The position numbers were made by a program, and so were the translations under genes. Positions 1 to 13,407 of a stretch of DNA of 64,000 bases are shown one piece after another. Position 1 is the first letter of the stretch, and each line of letters starts with the position of its first letter. The notes below the pieces were generated by a model. The model did no database searches. It was not told the DNA's origin and saw nothing but the letters and a program-made list of their open reading frames with translations. This DNA is from Trichoplax sp. H2 (taxonomy: Eukaryota): assembly GCA_003344405.1 (NCBI GenBank), contig NOWV01000022.1, positions 682,001 to 746,000 on the forward strand, given 5' to 3'.

Positions 1-3000
1 GAATGATTGTTTTCTAGTAAAAGGTTATACAAATATATAGGACGGAATATGAATAAGCTGACACTATCCAATCATGACTAATGTTACTTTATCTGATGTG
101 GTCATTGATAGTGATAAAGATGGTGACTGCTGTAAATTAAAACTATACGAATTAATAATCTACTTAAAGATGACATTTATGAAAGGAAAAAATGAAAGTA
201 TACCAATTAACTGAAATTTACTGAAACAAATTGATGTCGGATATTATGATACTTAGTAGTCAATAATGACTAATGTAAAATAGAATAATTGATTTCTAAA
301 TTCGGCATCTGGAAAATTAAATTGACTTTCCATGTGGCGTTAATTTACCTAGCAAAAGCATTGCTGAAAGACTAAACTATATGAAAATACTGTTTCTAAT
401 TGATATTTACTAAATTGAATTAATAAGTAAATCCAAATTATTAATGGCCAATCACCAATGTCATGGTATTCTATAAGTCACTCGTTGGTTACGGTTCTAT
501 TAGTTACTGTTTTCATTATAAATGCTATACGTATGGATGGATGAAATGTGTTATTAAATGGTACGAAAAATTGATATTAGGTCAGCTAAATTGATAATAG
601 TGTCAAAATTTACTGCGTTAATAACTGTAAAAGACGATATTCTAGTTGATTATAACCTTAGCAAATTAAAACAGACGCAATAAAAAACATAAACAAATCG
701 ATATTAGCAGAATCGATCATAACAAGTAGTCGATAATGTAAGTTAAAACGATTGTTTGACATAATCGGAAAATTTATGAACAGTCTCATCATAGTATTAC
801 ATCACAGTTAGACCTTGTTTGCCTATCAGTAAATTGTAACTTGTCGGTTGGATTTAAATGCTTTTACTAAGTATCTAGTATGTCAAAAATAAGTATTGAT
901 AACATCTTAAAAGCGTTTTCAGATTAGTGCATAAATACTAACATTATTGGTATACATACGTATGCGCAAAACATTGATCGAAAATTTACTCCATTGTAAA
1001 GTTGTAACAGTATCTTCAATAATAGGCTAAGCTATGACTTTCATTAAATTAAAATATATCACAATTAAAATCCAATCATAATAATGAAAGAAGTCGAATC
1101 TAGTATATATTAATACGAGAAAAAATGCCACAAGTTAGTGTTTAGATCAGATTTATTCAAAGTTTAGAGCCTATCATAACACTCCAATATATTTATACCA
1201 TTATATTGTTTAGCTAGTAGATTTATCCAGAGTTGGCAATCTATTTTAACCACGCAAAATGTTTTATATTATCGTCATGTTTAATTGAAGATTGATTCCC
1301 AATTTGTGCCCTATCTTAATATTTATTTGCTCTAATATTATCATAATGCTTAAATTTTAAGTTTCTACATAATTTGTAATCTATTATAATGGTCCTAGAT
1401 ACTCTCATTTCTTCATAATACCCTTAAGGTGCCCGATTCAATCCTATTCTCTAAATTATAGCTAAGAAATTCATAATATAAATTGACTCAGAGAACACAG
1501 TCAGTCCAAATGGCTTTACATACTCTTATGTTACTTCGATATCAAGATTATAGCGAACTAATTTATCATTTTGTGGTATGTATTGAATTAATTTTTATCA
1601 TCAAAGTGACAATCTTGAACTATAAAATGATGTCAAAACTGTGAAATCTCAACATATGCTAGAAAGAATAAAGAGGTACCCGAATTACTTATTAAATTGC
1701 ACTCCACCAGTTCTAAATTGTAACACAAAGGAAATAAATTGGATACCTTGGATATAAACTTCAACCATTTAGTGGTTGATCAAGGAAAGATAAACAAAGT
1801 AACAGCATTAAGTCATTGCAGTCAGTTCTATTTGCTTAATATATTTGATAAAATTTGCTAAATTAATATTATAGAATAGAGTTTACGTTTGAAACATCAC
1901 CGTTTCATATCTCATTGTTTAAATCAGTAAATTAAATAGGTTAGATAAGAGGAAGGAAAAGGTAAGACTATTAAAAGATACATTGAAATAGTTTTCAATT
2001 TTTTTCCCCAGTCGAGTTAATATTGAAAAATAACATACTATGAATAACATAAATAAATGATTTGCGCCTGTATATTTTAACTTATCGAAAACAAATGTAA
2101 TCCATGCCGAAATTGATTGAGAATGAAGAAATTATTTTAAAAGGAGTAATTGTAGTAAGATTATATCAGCGCATATCTTTACTTTTTCTATCGAGCTAAT
2201 GATGGAGGAATAGAAAAAAAGAGATTGCTGTAAATAATGAAATTGACTATCTGTGAGTAAGACATTTAGAGTTGGTATTGCAGTAAAAATTGAAGCAGGG
2301 TTGAAATCGGAATTGTACTTATCTCCATGATAAGCTATCAAATAGCAGGCAAATTAAGCTTATGTTAATAATTTACTCAAAAGTATTTTAATAATTGATA
2401 TTCTTCATTCATGTCTAATTTGGTTTACATCAAAATCAGCTGGAAAATAGAATAAACGAATCATTTTTTAAAGTAGAAAATGTGGTAAGACTGTAATGAT
2501 ATTTTATACTCGCCGTATCTATGTATAGTTTGCGCATTGATTAGAAACAACAACTTAAATTTTAGCCAATATCAGATTTTAATCATGGCAAAATCGACTA
2601 AATAAGCCGACGGGGCCGGAAAACATTCAAGGCAAGTATTAAATTAAAATTTTAGTAGCTTTGAATCATTCTATTAAGCAATGTTCTATGGAAATCAATT
2701 TGAGGGAATGAATGAGTATGATTTTAAGTATCATTAATAAATAAAATTGTGTCGTATTAACATTTGATCATTCTAACAAGCTAATAATTAATAGATGAGG
2801 AGTATTATACGTGATAACCATGAATGAAAACCTATTTAGTATTATAGAAGAAACCAAGATCTTCATCGTGGCCAGTGTTATTTTGTATTGACTCCACTAC
2901 TCTGTAGTTACAATATAGATACGCGTATGTCAGCTTTAGCCATAATTTAATGGAGACATTAACATTAAATGCCACATTAATTCGAATTATTTTCAATCAG

Positions 3001-5048
3001 AAATTACTATAGAATTTAGAATTTGCTGTAGAGTTTATACTGCTAGTATAATGTACTAGTGAATAGAAGAAGAAGTTTAATTGCTCATATTGAATTACGT
3101 TAATCGATAGCATTTATATCGGATTCTTGGTCATCCTCGAATTCTTGAACTCTCTACAGTATTGTCAATCCCACTCTATTTTATATAATTTAAGAAAAAA
3201 GCCTATTCAAGAAATAATTAAAAGTAAATTAATATATCGCATTAAAACACAGCTGACGTCATATTTAAAATGCTTAATAAAGCAATCTCGGTTGGTTTTT
3301 GCTTTTAGATTCTTTCCATCTTGTTTCAATTTTGGATATTCTACTCATTGGAAGGGTGAATGAAGGAAAAATTACAAATGCCAACATGAATGAGAAATAT
3401 ACGGCACTAAATATCAGAATATACATTTAAATAAACGTAGAGAGTTTGTCGCTTTTGAATTTTTTCTGCACGGTCATCATTGGTTCTCACTTGTAAAATA
3501 GAAGTAAGTTGTAGTTAATGAAATGATCAATGATAATAAATTATTATTGAGGATCACAGCAGAAATGATCACAGTAGCTGGTTTTCTGAGAGAGTAAAGG
3601 GAAAGAGATAATTTCAAACATGGCAATCATGTTTTCTATCATTAACGTGGTGAATATTGCACTATTTGTAGAGTAAGGCTATGAACTAATGACTGTCATC
3701 CAATTTTTAATTGAAAATTGCATAGAAAAGTTAGGATGGAAATAATGACAGAATCACGGTTTAGTTTCTCTTGGTGCTGCTAGTAGGCAAATGATAAGTC
3801 TTTCTATCACTAACAAAGCTAAAACTTATCTTTCTAAGTCTGTATCTACAAAAAGATTGATTACTCCGGACAGGCTTGTTCAATATATGAAAATACTATG
3901 TGGTCAACTGGTCAATGGCAATCATGACGATGAATTATTTTATCCAAAAACCAAGAAGCCACCATTAAAATGGATACTTAAGGAAAGGAAGAAATATTAG
4001 TTTAAATTAATAAAGATCATCATATCGATGAGTCTGATTCGTTTCTGTATAGAAATTGAAATTCTAATACAGCTGCAGGAGAAACTAAAATTAGAAGGGT
4101 AGTTAAAAGTTAAAGAAGGTATCTAATGTCTCGTAGGGCATTAACCAATTATATTATTAAAAAATTATAAATTAGGTCGAAAATAGCAAAGAAAGAATTC
4201 GTTGTTTCTTTAATCCAGGCCCAAGATCAGTAGCAAGAAAAGAAGAAAGATGCTTTTTTTTCAGTTAGCCTCCATTACTTATATTAAATTACTTATTCTT
4301 CACTTTTAACGTTAGGTAGGAAACAACCAGGACAGTACTCTAGTATAGCTAATCATATACAGACATTTATCATACCATAGCTGTTCTAATTTAATTTAAT
4401 TAGTTATCGTGAGATGGAAACTGTGACTTTAGCGGTTTAAAAACAATTTTAAAATCTGCTTGAGTGATCATAATATAGTGAGCGCATTGTCAATACTGTA
4501 GACATTTTTATTGATGAAGAAGCCTTTCATTATTACAACTGATGAGTATTATGGAATGATGCTATTATACTTTATAATGAAACGGCAGTAATCACTAATG
4601 ATACTTTCCATTTATATATTCTTTATATTAATTTCCTCTTCTGTAATCTTTATATGTTAATCAAAGGACCATTTAACGTGTATTCCCAATTATGAAGCGG
4701 AAGGAGATTGGCCAACGTATGAGTTCAGTTAGCTATTGAGTAGAACTATCTTAAGAGGAACTTAACCATTTATTGGGCAAGGTTAATCAATTACATAATC
4801 CATTAGGGCAATTGATATTATTAATCATTTTTGCTACCCAAGACGGACATTAAATTAGGAAAGAAAAAATGAAATTGAAATGATTTCCCCATCATTAAGT
4901 TAATTCGATATTATTTAATAGAATAACAGTTTTCGATATTAAACTATATAATAAAATAATTAACTGATACGATTTTTCTCATTACTCCGTTAGTTTAATA
5001 TTATCGATACTTAGTCCAGGTACTACTGATTACGTTGATTATATGAGG

Positions 5049-5348
5049 ATGTCAAGTATTAAATTTGGTTTTATGGTTTTTTTTATCGGGTATTAGAATA
5101 AGAAAAATAAAGCTGTATGGACTGGAAATTACTACTAGCATCCAAAATTGATAATGGAAATTATAAAGGATAAATAAAATAGAATTTGACTGCCTTAATA
5201 ATGTAACAATGTCAAGTATTAAATCTGGTTTTGTAGACATTTTAATAAGGTATTAGAATAAGAAAGCTAATGTGATATAGACTGAGAATTGATACTAAGT
5301 ATAACAAAATTGATAGTGGAAATTGCAAAGGGTAAATAGAGTGGAATT
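5049..5348. repeat. Diverged tandem duplication, 160-bp period (2 copies), inside the adenylate cyclase intron
   Basis: ATGTCAAGTATTAAAT(T/C)TGGTTTT at 5049 and 5209, followed by shared GGTATTAGAATAAGAAA and CAAAATTGATA(A/G)TGGAAATT blocks. Confidence 0.85.
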
Positions 5349-8300
5349 AATGATGAGGCTTGATAGCATATTATTCTTATTCTGACTGATAAGCTTTTAG
5401 AAGTTTAGAGAAAATTTTGCTGAGCTACTGTTATCCGTTTAATATTACTCTCATAAATTAGTATATCATTGTTGTAAATAGCATAGAAAAGAATTAAACT
5501 AATTCTTTACAGAATACTTTATTCATGAAATAATTTCAAAATCAGTTATTAGTAATGACTAGACATCTATAAGGATTCCATTACAAGTTAAGATACTAAA
5601 TAGATATTAGCTGAAGTTGTAAGAATATTTTTTCGGTCCATGGTATACATTCGAACTTTTACACTGTTTTTGTATCTATATCTTTAGTATATTCCTAAAG
5701 ATAATACCGTAATGTATTCTTTAACTTCCTTGTAGACTTTTCTGTTGGGCGGATAGAATACACGTAAGCTATATCTGCTACTTCTTAGATAGAATATTAG
5801 TAAATAGAATTTTATCATAGATCATATGGTACTGTGTTACTACTTAATCTCAACTATTAGCAATATCATCCACATAACTCTTAAGGATGTATCTGAAAAA
5901 AGACACTTTCAATCTTTCTATCGAGTTACCAGCAATAGATCTTTGACTGGCCGTTGATCAGAATAGAACATGCAATTAATTTATTAATGTATCGACTACC
6001 TATGTAACGGTAACGCATAGAATACATTAAAATAATCTATATATTAATATAGTTACAGTCATCATTTTTTCTTATAGGGTATTCAGTTTTGGTATAAAAA
6101 TCTATCTCAAGTAAACTTAATAAAAATGATCTTTCCTCTTAAAACTAATCGCAGCTACCTTTAGAATGAATGATTATCTTGCTAGTTGGTTATAATTCTC
6201 TATTGATGTATTTTCTTATTAAATAGTCAATTTTCTTCTAATCTATAATAGTTATGCCATCAAATTTGTTAACGATCTACTTCGCCTTATGAAAATGAGG
6301 TAAAAATTAATTATTTTCTATTTTTATGTAAGGAGCGATGCAGTTACTGATTGTATATGGCTTAGTCATTATAAGTATTAGGAATTTAGCTTATGCTAGT
6401 ATCATTAATATTCTAATGTAGTATTAAAAAATGTTACAGCCAATGTCAGTAATATAATTTGATACCATTTTTGATACTATCAATGTTATAACACATAGCA
6501 GCACTAAGTTATACACTACATAAATTGATAGAAATCGAAAGATATAATTATAAACGAATTTAATCGTTATTTTCGATTGATAGTTCCTTCCTGAATGTAC
6601 ACGTAGGTTATTCTCTTTGCCAATATTATTAAAGTATAAAATGACACTGATAGTTTTATGTAAAATTGACAGAAATGGCAAACATGATCTTTAAATCAGT
6701 TAAATTGTTATTGGTGTTTGTAGTAAATTGACACAATTAAAAGTGTTTATTATGAAGGAGCGAAATCGTCCTCCCTCCTATTAATTGCGCCCGTTCCTTA
6801 GGCAGATTTTCTTTATTTATGCATAATATCATCATTCTAAATTAGCTTTACTAATAACAAATTAATACAAATAGAAAATAGGATATCAGTAAGTAGAATT
6901 TTTACTTTGTATTTAATAATATTCTTTCCAATGTAAAAGATCAATTTTACTGTTGGTATCACTCTAAAATATGGCATTTCTAGTTTCTTAGTAACATGAT
7001 AGAGGTTTAAATGACAGACAGTATCAAATTAACATTATAGGAATCAGTCTAATCGCGTCAATTTAAATCCTACATAGTCTATCGCGGTACTGTGCATTAC
7101 TGTTTCGAAACAAAGAAAGACTGAAGTGAATAATTCAAGAATAGTTTTTCGCCATCTTTTATTTGTCCCATCCTGAATGCACTTGGTTATAATCTTCTTT
7201 TTTCACTTAGATAAATGACTGGTGTGATCAATTAGAAATGGTGAGTCATCATCCTCATTTGCCCAATTCTGATTATAGTTGAACTACGTCGTCGTAGCTA
7301 ATAAACTCTTACATAGCGTAGGGTTAGCGCATATTACTTCTACGATTCAATGTAACTGTGATTTGATGCCCCTCTCCATTAAAATATAACGCACTAATAT
7401 CCACTTTGCTAGTCATCATATAACTAATAAAGAATGTTAAGTTAACACATTCGTTGGCTCTATTTAAATATTATGTGACTTATTATGGTTATATACATTA
7501 TATTTAGATATAGATATAAGATGGATCGCTATAATGGATTAAGCAATTTAATAGCAACTTATATACACATACCATGAGTATTAAATAATTTATAACAGTA
7601 TGTGTAGTACTCGTATTTTCGTGTAGCTAGATATAGATACCATAGATAAATAGGATACTCTAATAGTATCCAATTTTCGCCCTGTTTGAGTAGCACTTCA
7701 TTGACTACAGTACGGTATGTATTTCAATTTCGAAATATGGATGGCTATGATTTATGGTGCCATTTAATGATAATTTGCAATATTTCCCTCAAATTATGGA
7801 TACTATATGAGTATATTATACAACGTATAAATATACTGCTTTACTTACATGCATTTATTTCGAATTATAAGAAGATTAATCGATTATGAATAAACAATGC
7901 GTTATTACGAAGTATCCCATTTTACCCTGATGTAAATGGCACATCGTCTATTGTAACTTGTAGGTGTGGATAGTACTTACAGAATTCAATTTAGCCTATC
8001 TAAAGAATATCATTATGTTGTTGTTGCTCTATACAGTAGTACAGTTTTTAAGCATTTATTAGACTATAATGAGAGTAAACGATATATCTATTCCAACGTG
8101 TTCTATTGGCTGTTTAATTGACTCCGTTCTGAAATACTATGATGTTCATAATTTTGCGCCTTATTTCCATGACAAAAATGACTCTGAATTATATATAAGT
8201 TACTTCCGTTTCGAAAGTAATTATGACCCTTAGGATGAACTTGAAAATTAATGCAGTATCATCATACTGTCGTCCTATTATACGTATAAGAATTACTGAA

Positions 8301-9537
8301 TATTTTATGATCTGTTGTAGTTGCGATATTTTTATTTGTAAATATAAAAATGATGATCAATATGGTATGATAGTCGAAAATAGTGTACTAGCATCTTATT
8401 TCGTTCTGCTATGAATACTTGATGATAGTTTGATCTGTTGTAAAATAGAATTATGGATAATATCTCGTTAAGTGCGTCTTAGATCAATGATATTAGATTG
8501 ATATATAGCCGAGGATACAGTAGCATAGTCATTGCAGTAGTTTAGGATATGAAATTTGATAAAAATACATGCTGACTAACGTATGATGCATTCTATCTGT
8601 TCTCTACTTCCATGTCACAGATCACAGATATTTTCTTGTCAATAGTAAATTTTTCGTTTAACACTAATAATATCTCAGTAATCATTTTAAAATTGTTCTT
8701 TAAATCAACTGTGAATTTATCACGTATTTAAATTATTGTATTAATTCAGTTTCTATCGATAATAACTCTTTTGATTCTTTTAATAGTCTTCAAGTGATAG
8801 AATAACATACTGAACTTGATTCTGGCGTTATAATCTATTATTACATTATACTTTATTCATACAGACGAGAATAGAAGTCTATTTTAAATTTTAGATTGAA
8901 AAGATTAGCCTGTTATTAATTCTAGACATTAAAAATTCTTTCTATATTAAACGTTTCAGCCATTGATACGGTGATATTTCTCTACTTATTATTCAAGATT
9001 TTTCATAGATTAAAAAAGAAATAGACTGTCAAGACAGTAAAATGGATGATAGAAAAATTAGGATAAAAGGGGGAAAAAAATAAATGATATTAGAGTGCAA
9101 TATTACGGAAAGAAAAAGAAAAATTGTCAGATTATACGGATAATAGACGCATATCGTCCCACTCGATAGCTATACGATAAATGAGTGACTAATTTTCACC
9201 GACTTAGAAAATCTTATTTTTGTTGTATTTGAGAAGGAATGGAAATGATTAAAGTAAGATTGGAAACAAGTAAGCAAAATAAAAAATACTTTCCTAATGT
9301 TTCCCAATGTTAATCTTATTCGCTAGACGTATATACGGTTGAAAAAGCGATAGACAGTAAATGCAATCTTGGTGATATTGAATGGCTATACTGACGATCA
9401 TGATATAGATTATATTGAAAGAAAAACCTTAGACAGTTCAAGATAGTTTCCATCCTATCTACTGTCAGTGCAGGTATTGCAAAGTAACGACTTCTATAAT
9501 ACAAAACTTTATCATACACTTTTATTTTTTCGCTTAC

Positions 9538-10302
9538 CTGTGAGCCCATATCGGTTAAATTGATTCGTGATGATAGAGCCAAGATCAAGACATGGCTGAT
9601 AGCTGTTGCCGCATTCAAAATGATGCACCAACTTAATCGCAATGGTAACATGGTATAAAGAGTAAAGGTAAAAAATATTTGAAATCCAATGTAATCAGAC
9701 GGAGAGATGGGGATATTACTTGCATATAAGTTGGCAAATAATTGACCGAATATTAATGCCCAAAGTAAATGGGGTATAAATGATAAAATAGTGTTATTTA
9801 AGACTTTACTTTTCATTAATATTAGTGTAATAACATTGCACAAAGCGAAACTACCAGTAATAGCTAGTTGATTTGCTCGTATATTTTTTAATCGTTCAGT
9901 TGTACTATTAACTGCATAGACAACATATAATATAAATAGGCCAACATTGACTAAAAATGTTAGTGCCATTAGGATTTCTAACGATTGCATCTTTTGACGT
10001 GAAAAATAACGTTGATAAATACTTTCTAATAACTTGGATTCAAAGCGTAAGTTTAACAAGTTAGGAATACTGCAGCCTATAAAACGATGGCGATAATTCC
10101 GTTTAGTTAATTGGGTATTGAGTGTATGATTATTGTGTTGATTAGTAGCTGTGTCAAAGTCGGTTGATTTTCTAGCAATACCGACGGCATGACTGCTATT
10201 ATTACTGGATGAATTTTTAACGTCGACTTGAACATTGGAAGTTGTTAATTCAGTTTCATTATAACTTAAATCGGTGTGCATTGGCTTGATTGGAGTACTC
10301 AT
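9538..10302 (-). CDS. ADCY: Transmembrane adenylate cyclase (ADCY1/3/8-like), first coding exon (N-terminus + M1 helices); rest of the gene lies beyond the window start
   Basis: ORF 10302->9316 encodes FESKLLESIYQRYFSRQ...SDYIGFQIFFTFTLYTMLPL, the typical tmAC N-terminal/M1 motifs, with several hydrophobic helices. Strong donor CAG|GTAAGC at 9538/9537 (phase 0), so the ORF tail beyond it is intronic. Likely acceptor at 10573/10572 with 5'UTR in the same exon. No downstream exon recognised in 1-9537. Confidence 0.88.
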
Positions 10303-12864
10303 GGTGGATTACGTCGTTAGGCAGTCAGTTAATATAAAATTCTTAAAAATTTGTCCTTGACTCTGGAAATAATGAATCGTTTTATTAATGTTGGGAATGC
10401 AGTTTCTAATTTTTTCTTTCCTGATGATGTCTTGATTGGTAGACGACCACAATCGTTAAAGGTAATGATCTTGTTGTTGTAATTAGTATTATTTATTTTG
10501 GTCCTGCTATTTCAATTTAGCTATTTTTTTTTATTGTTGTTGAAGATGATGGTTGAAGACAGTTTATTAGTCCTAAGAAATATAAAAATATCTCCTTGTT
10601 ACTAGGTTAACAAAATCAAGTTGTTAAGCAACGCTAATAATGTTAGACGACATAAATTATAAGGCATAAGAATCAAGACTACTCAAAAAAATAGTAGATG
10701 TTAACGCTGATTGAATTGAACATAGCACGTTAATTTTGTGTAGAAAAAAAATTAGACTTGGATAATAAAGTAGACTTGGTGTCTAAGGTCAATCGTCTCA
10801 ATGAATGCAATTTGAACCTTAAGACAGAGGATGATAGAAGAAGAGAGATAGTAAGACGAAAAAAATGAAACAATCAAGTTATAGAAGAAAATTGAGTCTA
10901 GGCTATCAACCTATTAACAAATTAATTACTAGGAGAAATTACAGTAAGAAAGAGAAATTATCAGTTTTGGAATACAATACTTTCCTATATTGTGGTATAA
11001 GTTACACACATCGATACAAAAAATATTTTAAAGTTACTAACATATCATAGAAAGAAGTTGTACATTATAATTTTCTACTTATCATTTTTCTAAAATGTTG
11101 GTTATTACTTTTACTAACTTAATATATGTATCTGGAATTTTTACGAATGGTACGTGATGGCTATGATAATAATATCTATCTTAGATTTTACTTGAAACCC
11201 AAGATATGATCTTAGAGGCTATCTATTCATTTTCTTGAGAATTTTATGACATTGATGTGGTTATTTATTTTAACATATATTTTTCAACTTACCTTTTTAA
11301 AATATGTCAAGTTCCCCCATACCAACTTACGATAGTCAATTTCTATAAAATGGATGTTGTTATTTCTTATATCCCCCAAAATATCTATCTTATATAAGTT
11401 ATAACGGTTTTAGTTGAGTTTATTGAAAATGGATTTATGGAGTAACGACCAATAGGTTGAGGCCAACAACAAAAAATGGAATAAAGAAAAACTAGCCGTC
11501 AATAGTAGTGGGATGTTATCTAAAAATATAGGAGAAGGAAGCGAATTAAAAATTAGGGACAATATCGTGGTTATAGGTTGAACTGCTTGAAATTGATGAA
11601 CTCTCTTTGCCAATAATGTCCAATGCGACGTTGTTGAAATTGTATTATTAATCGGAAGTAATTGGGCGATATTTTAAAGGTCTGTATTTTATTCTAATCT
11701 ATGCGTGTTTTTTCTGTGCTGTATGTTATATACCTCTAACAGTATCCAAGAGAATCAACTAGCCAATAGCTAGGAATAACTGATTAAGTTCGAGACATTA
11801 AAATGAAGTTTTTCCTTTAAGTTCTATTCATAGAATAGTATCATGACGACATTAACTCTTTGTTATAAAATACAAATACTACTGTATGTTGAGTATAGAA
11901 TTGGGCCAATGGAGAAATTTAACTTATCAAATACTATGGTAATCAGGCCGAGACATTGAGCTCAAGATTGAAATTACTTAAATGGGCTGGATAATAATAA
12001 TAATATCCACATGAGACAATACAAAATTTATTGCACTTAAGCAATAGAATTTTGTATTGTTATTTATCCAATCTAATTATCTCATTGTGCTACTAGTATG
12101 ATCGGTATACTTTTTAACAAATTGTTAATCGATCATGTATATTCATAATTTATTCATCGCCATTGCTTCAGTAAGGATAGTACTCTGGGTTTACTTGGAT
12201 ACGCTAGAGCAATCTTTATTACCTACTGTACATAAGGGATGAGATAGGAAATACAGTAGATGAATGATGAAACATAGTACGATGTATTGTTGCTTGGACA
12301 TAGTATAAATTATCTACAATCAACTGATTCATCATTTCTCCAGTAATGATTGTATTATAAATTTTTGATATTTAAAGATCAGAAATATCTTTATCGGATA
12401 GTTAGGGTATTGATAATGATGAAACTCTTAAAAAATATGTTGAAGTAGATGATAGCGTAGAATCTATAGATACAGTGGGCTTGACTTAAGTGTATCCAGT
12501 GATGAATAATCCAACGTTACGTTAAAACGCTTAAAAGCCTTTAATATTCAAGTTAGAAGATTTGCCGTATAATATGAGCAATTTAAATTACTTTATTCAT
12601 CCCCGATCGCATCCAGTAACGATACTTTGTTAATTAGGGATAAACTTCAACATTGGAAGTGCTTTCGTATGTATCGTAGTAGAGCAAGGCAAGGTTAATG
12701 ATGAAACATGTCATGTTATTGGAGTTGTTTAATAACAAAAATACAGCTGGTAAACATTACTGATTAGGTAAATTTTAGTTTATTGATCTCTTTTTTCTGT
12801 CTCACAACGATAGTTTAGGTAGGGTTATATTGAGTATCAGAAATATTTTTATAATACAGATTGC

Positions 12865-13407
12865 AATAGGAAGTACATTGATGACTAAACATAGTAAGAA
12901 TAGTTTCACATGAAAGATAGGAAAATCGAAATTGTGTAGATTGATGAACGTGCTACGTTCCTTAGCGCTGTGATAATCGGGCATGGCATTACTATACGAG
13001 TATAGTGAGAAAATGATCTTTAAAATTGATTTACCACACTAATAGGAAGTACATTGATGGTGAAATATAGTAAGAATAGTTTCACATGAAAGATAATAAA
13101 GCTGAAATTGTGTAGATTGGTGAACATGCTTCGTTCTTAAGCGTTATGAGAATAGAGTGTGGCGTAAAATACATCACTATACGAGTATAGCGTGAAAATT
13201 AATCTTTAAAATTGATTTATTATATTAACAAGAGGCACATTGATGAAATAAACATAGTAAGAATAGTTTCACACGAAAGATGATAAAACCGAAATTGTGT
13301 AGATTGATGAATATGCTTTATTCTTTAGTGCTGCGAGAACAGAACATGGCGTAAAAATGTATCGCTATATGTGTATAGTGAGAAAATTGATCTTTAAAAT
13401 GAATTTA
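12865..13407. repeat. Tandem repeat, 3 diverged copies of ~176-186 bp
   Basis: Units start at 12865, 13041 and 13227. They share ACATTGATG, ATAGTAAGAATAGTTTCACA, GAAATTGTGTAGATTG and ATCTTTAAAAT blocks. Confidence 0.95.

Noticed and set aside
2132..8414. Short ORFs of 60-85 aa in the first 9 kb
   Set aside because: Composition is typical of random AT-rich DNA (I/L/Y/F/K-rich), with no recognisable domains or consistent splice structure; no adenylate cyclase exon-2 motifs were found.
9316..9537. C-terminal extension of the 328-aa ORF
   Set aside because: It lies past a consensus CAG|GTAAG donor and loses adenylate cyclase similarity, so it was treated as intron read-through.
12259..12333. 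Box C/D snoRNA-like segment (ATGATGA at 12264 ... CTGA at 12324, flanked by GATGAA/TTCATC)
   Set aside because: It lies antisense to the presumed host (ADCY), the terminal stem register does not fit a canonical k-turn, and I recognised no rRNA/snRNA guide. Such boxes are common in AT-rich DNA. An Infernal/snoscan run would settle it.
12865..13407. CRISPR-like interpretation of the repeated blocks
   Set aside because: The context is eukaryotic, the intervening sequences are homologous rather than unique spacers, and there are no cas genes.
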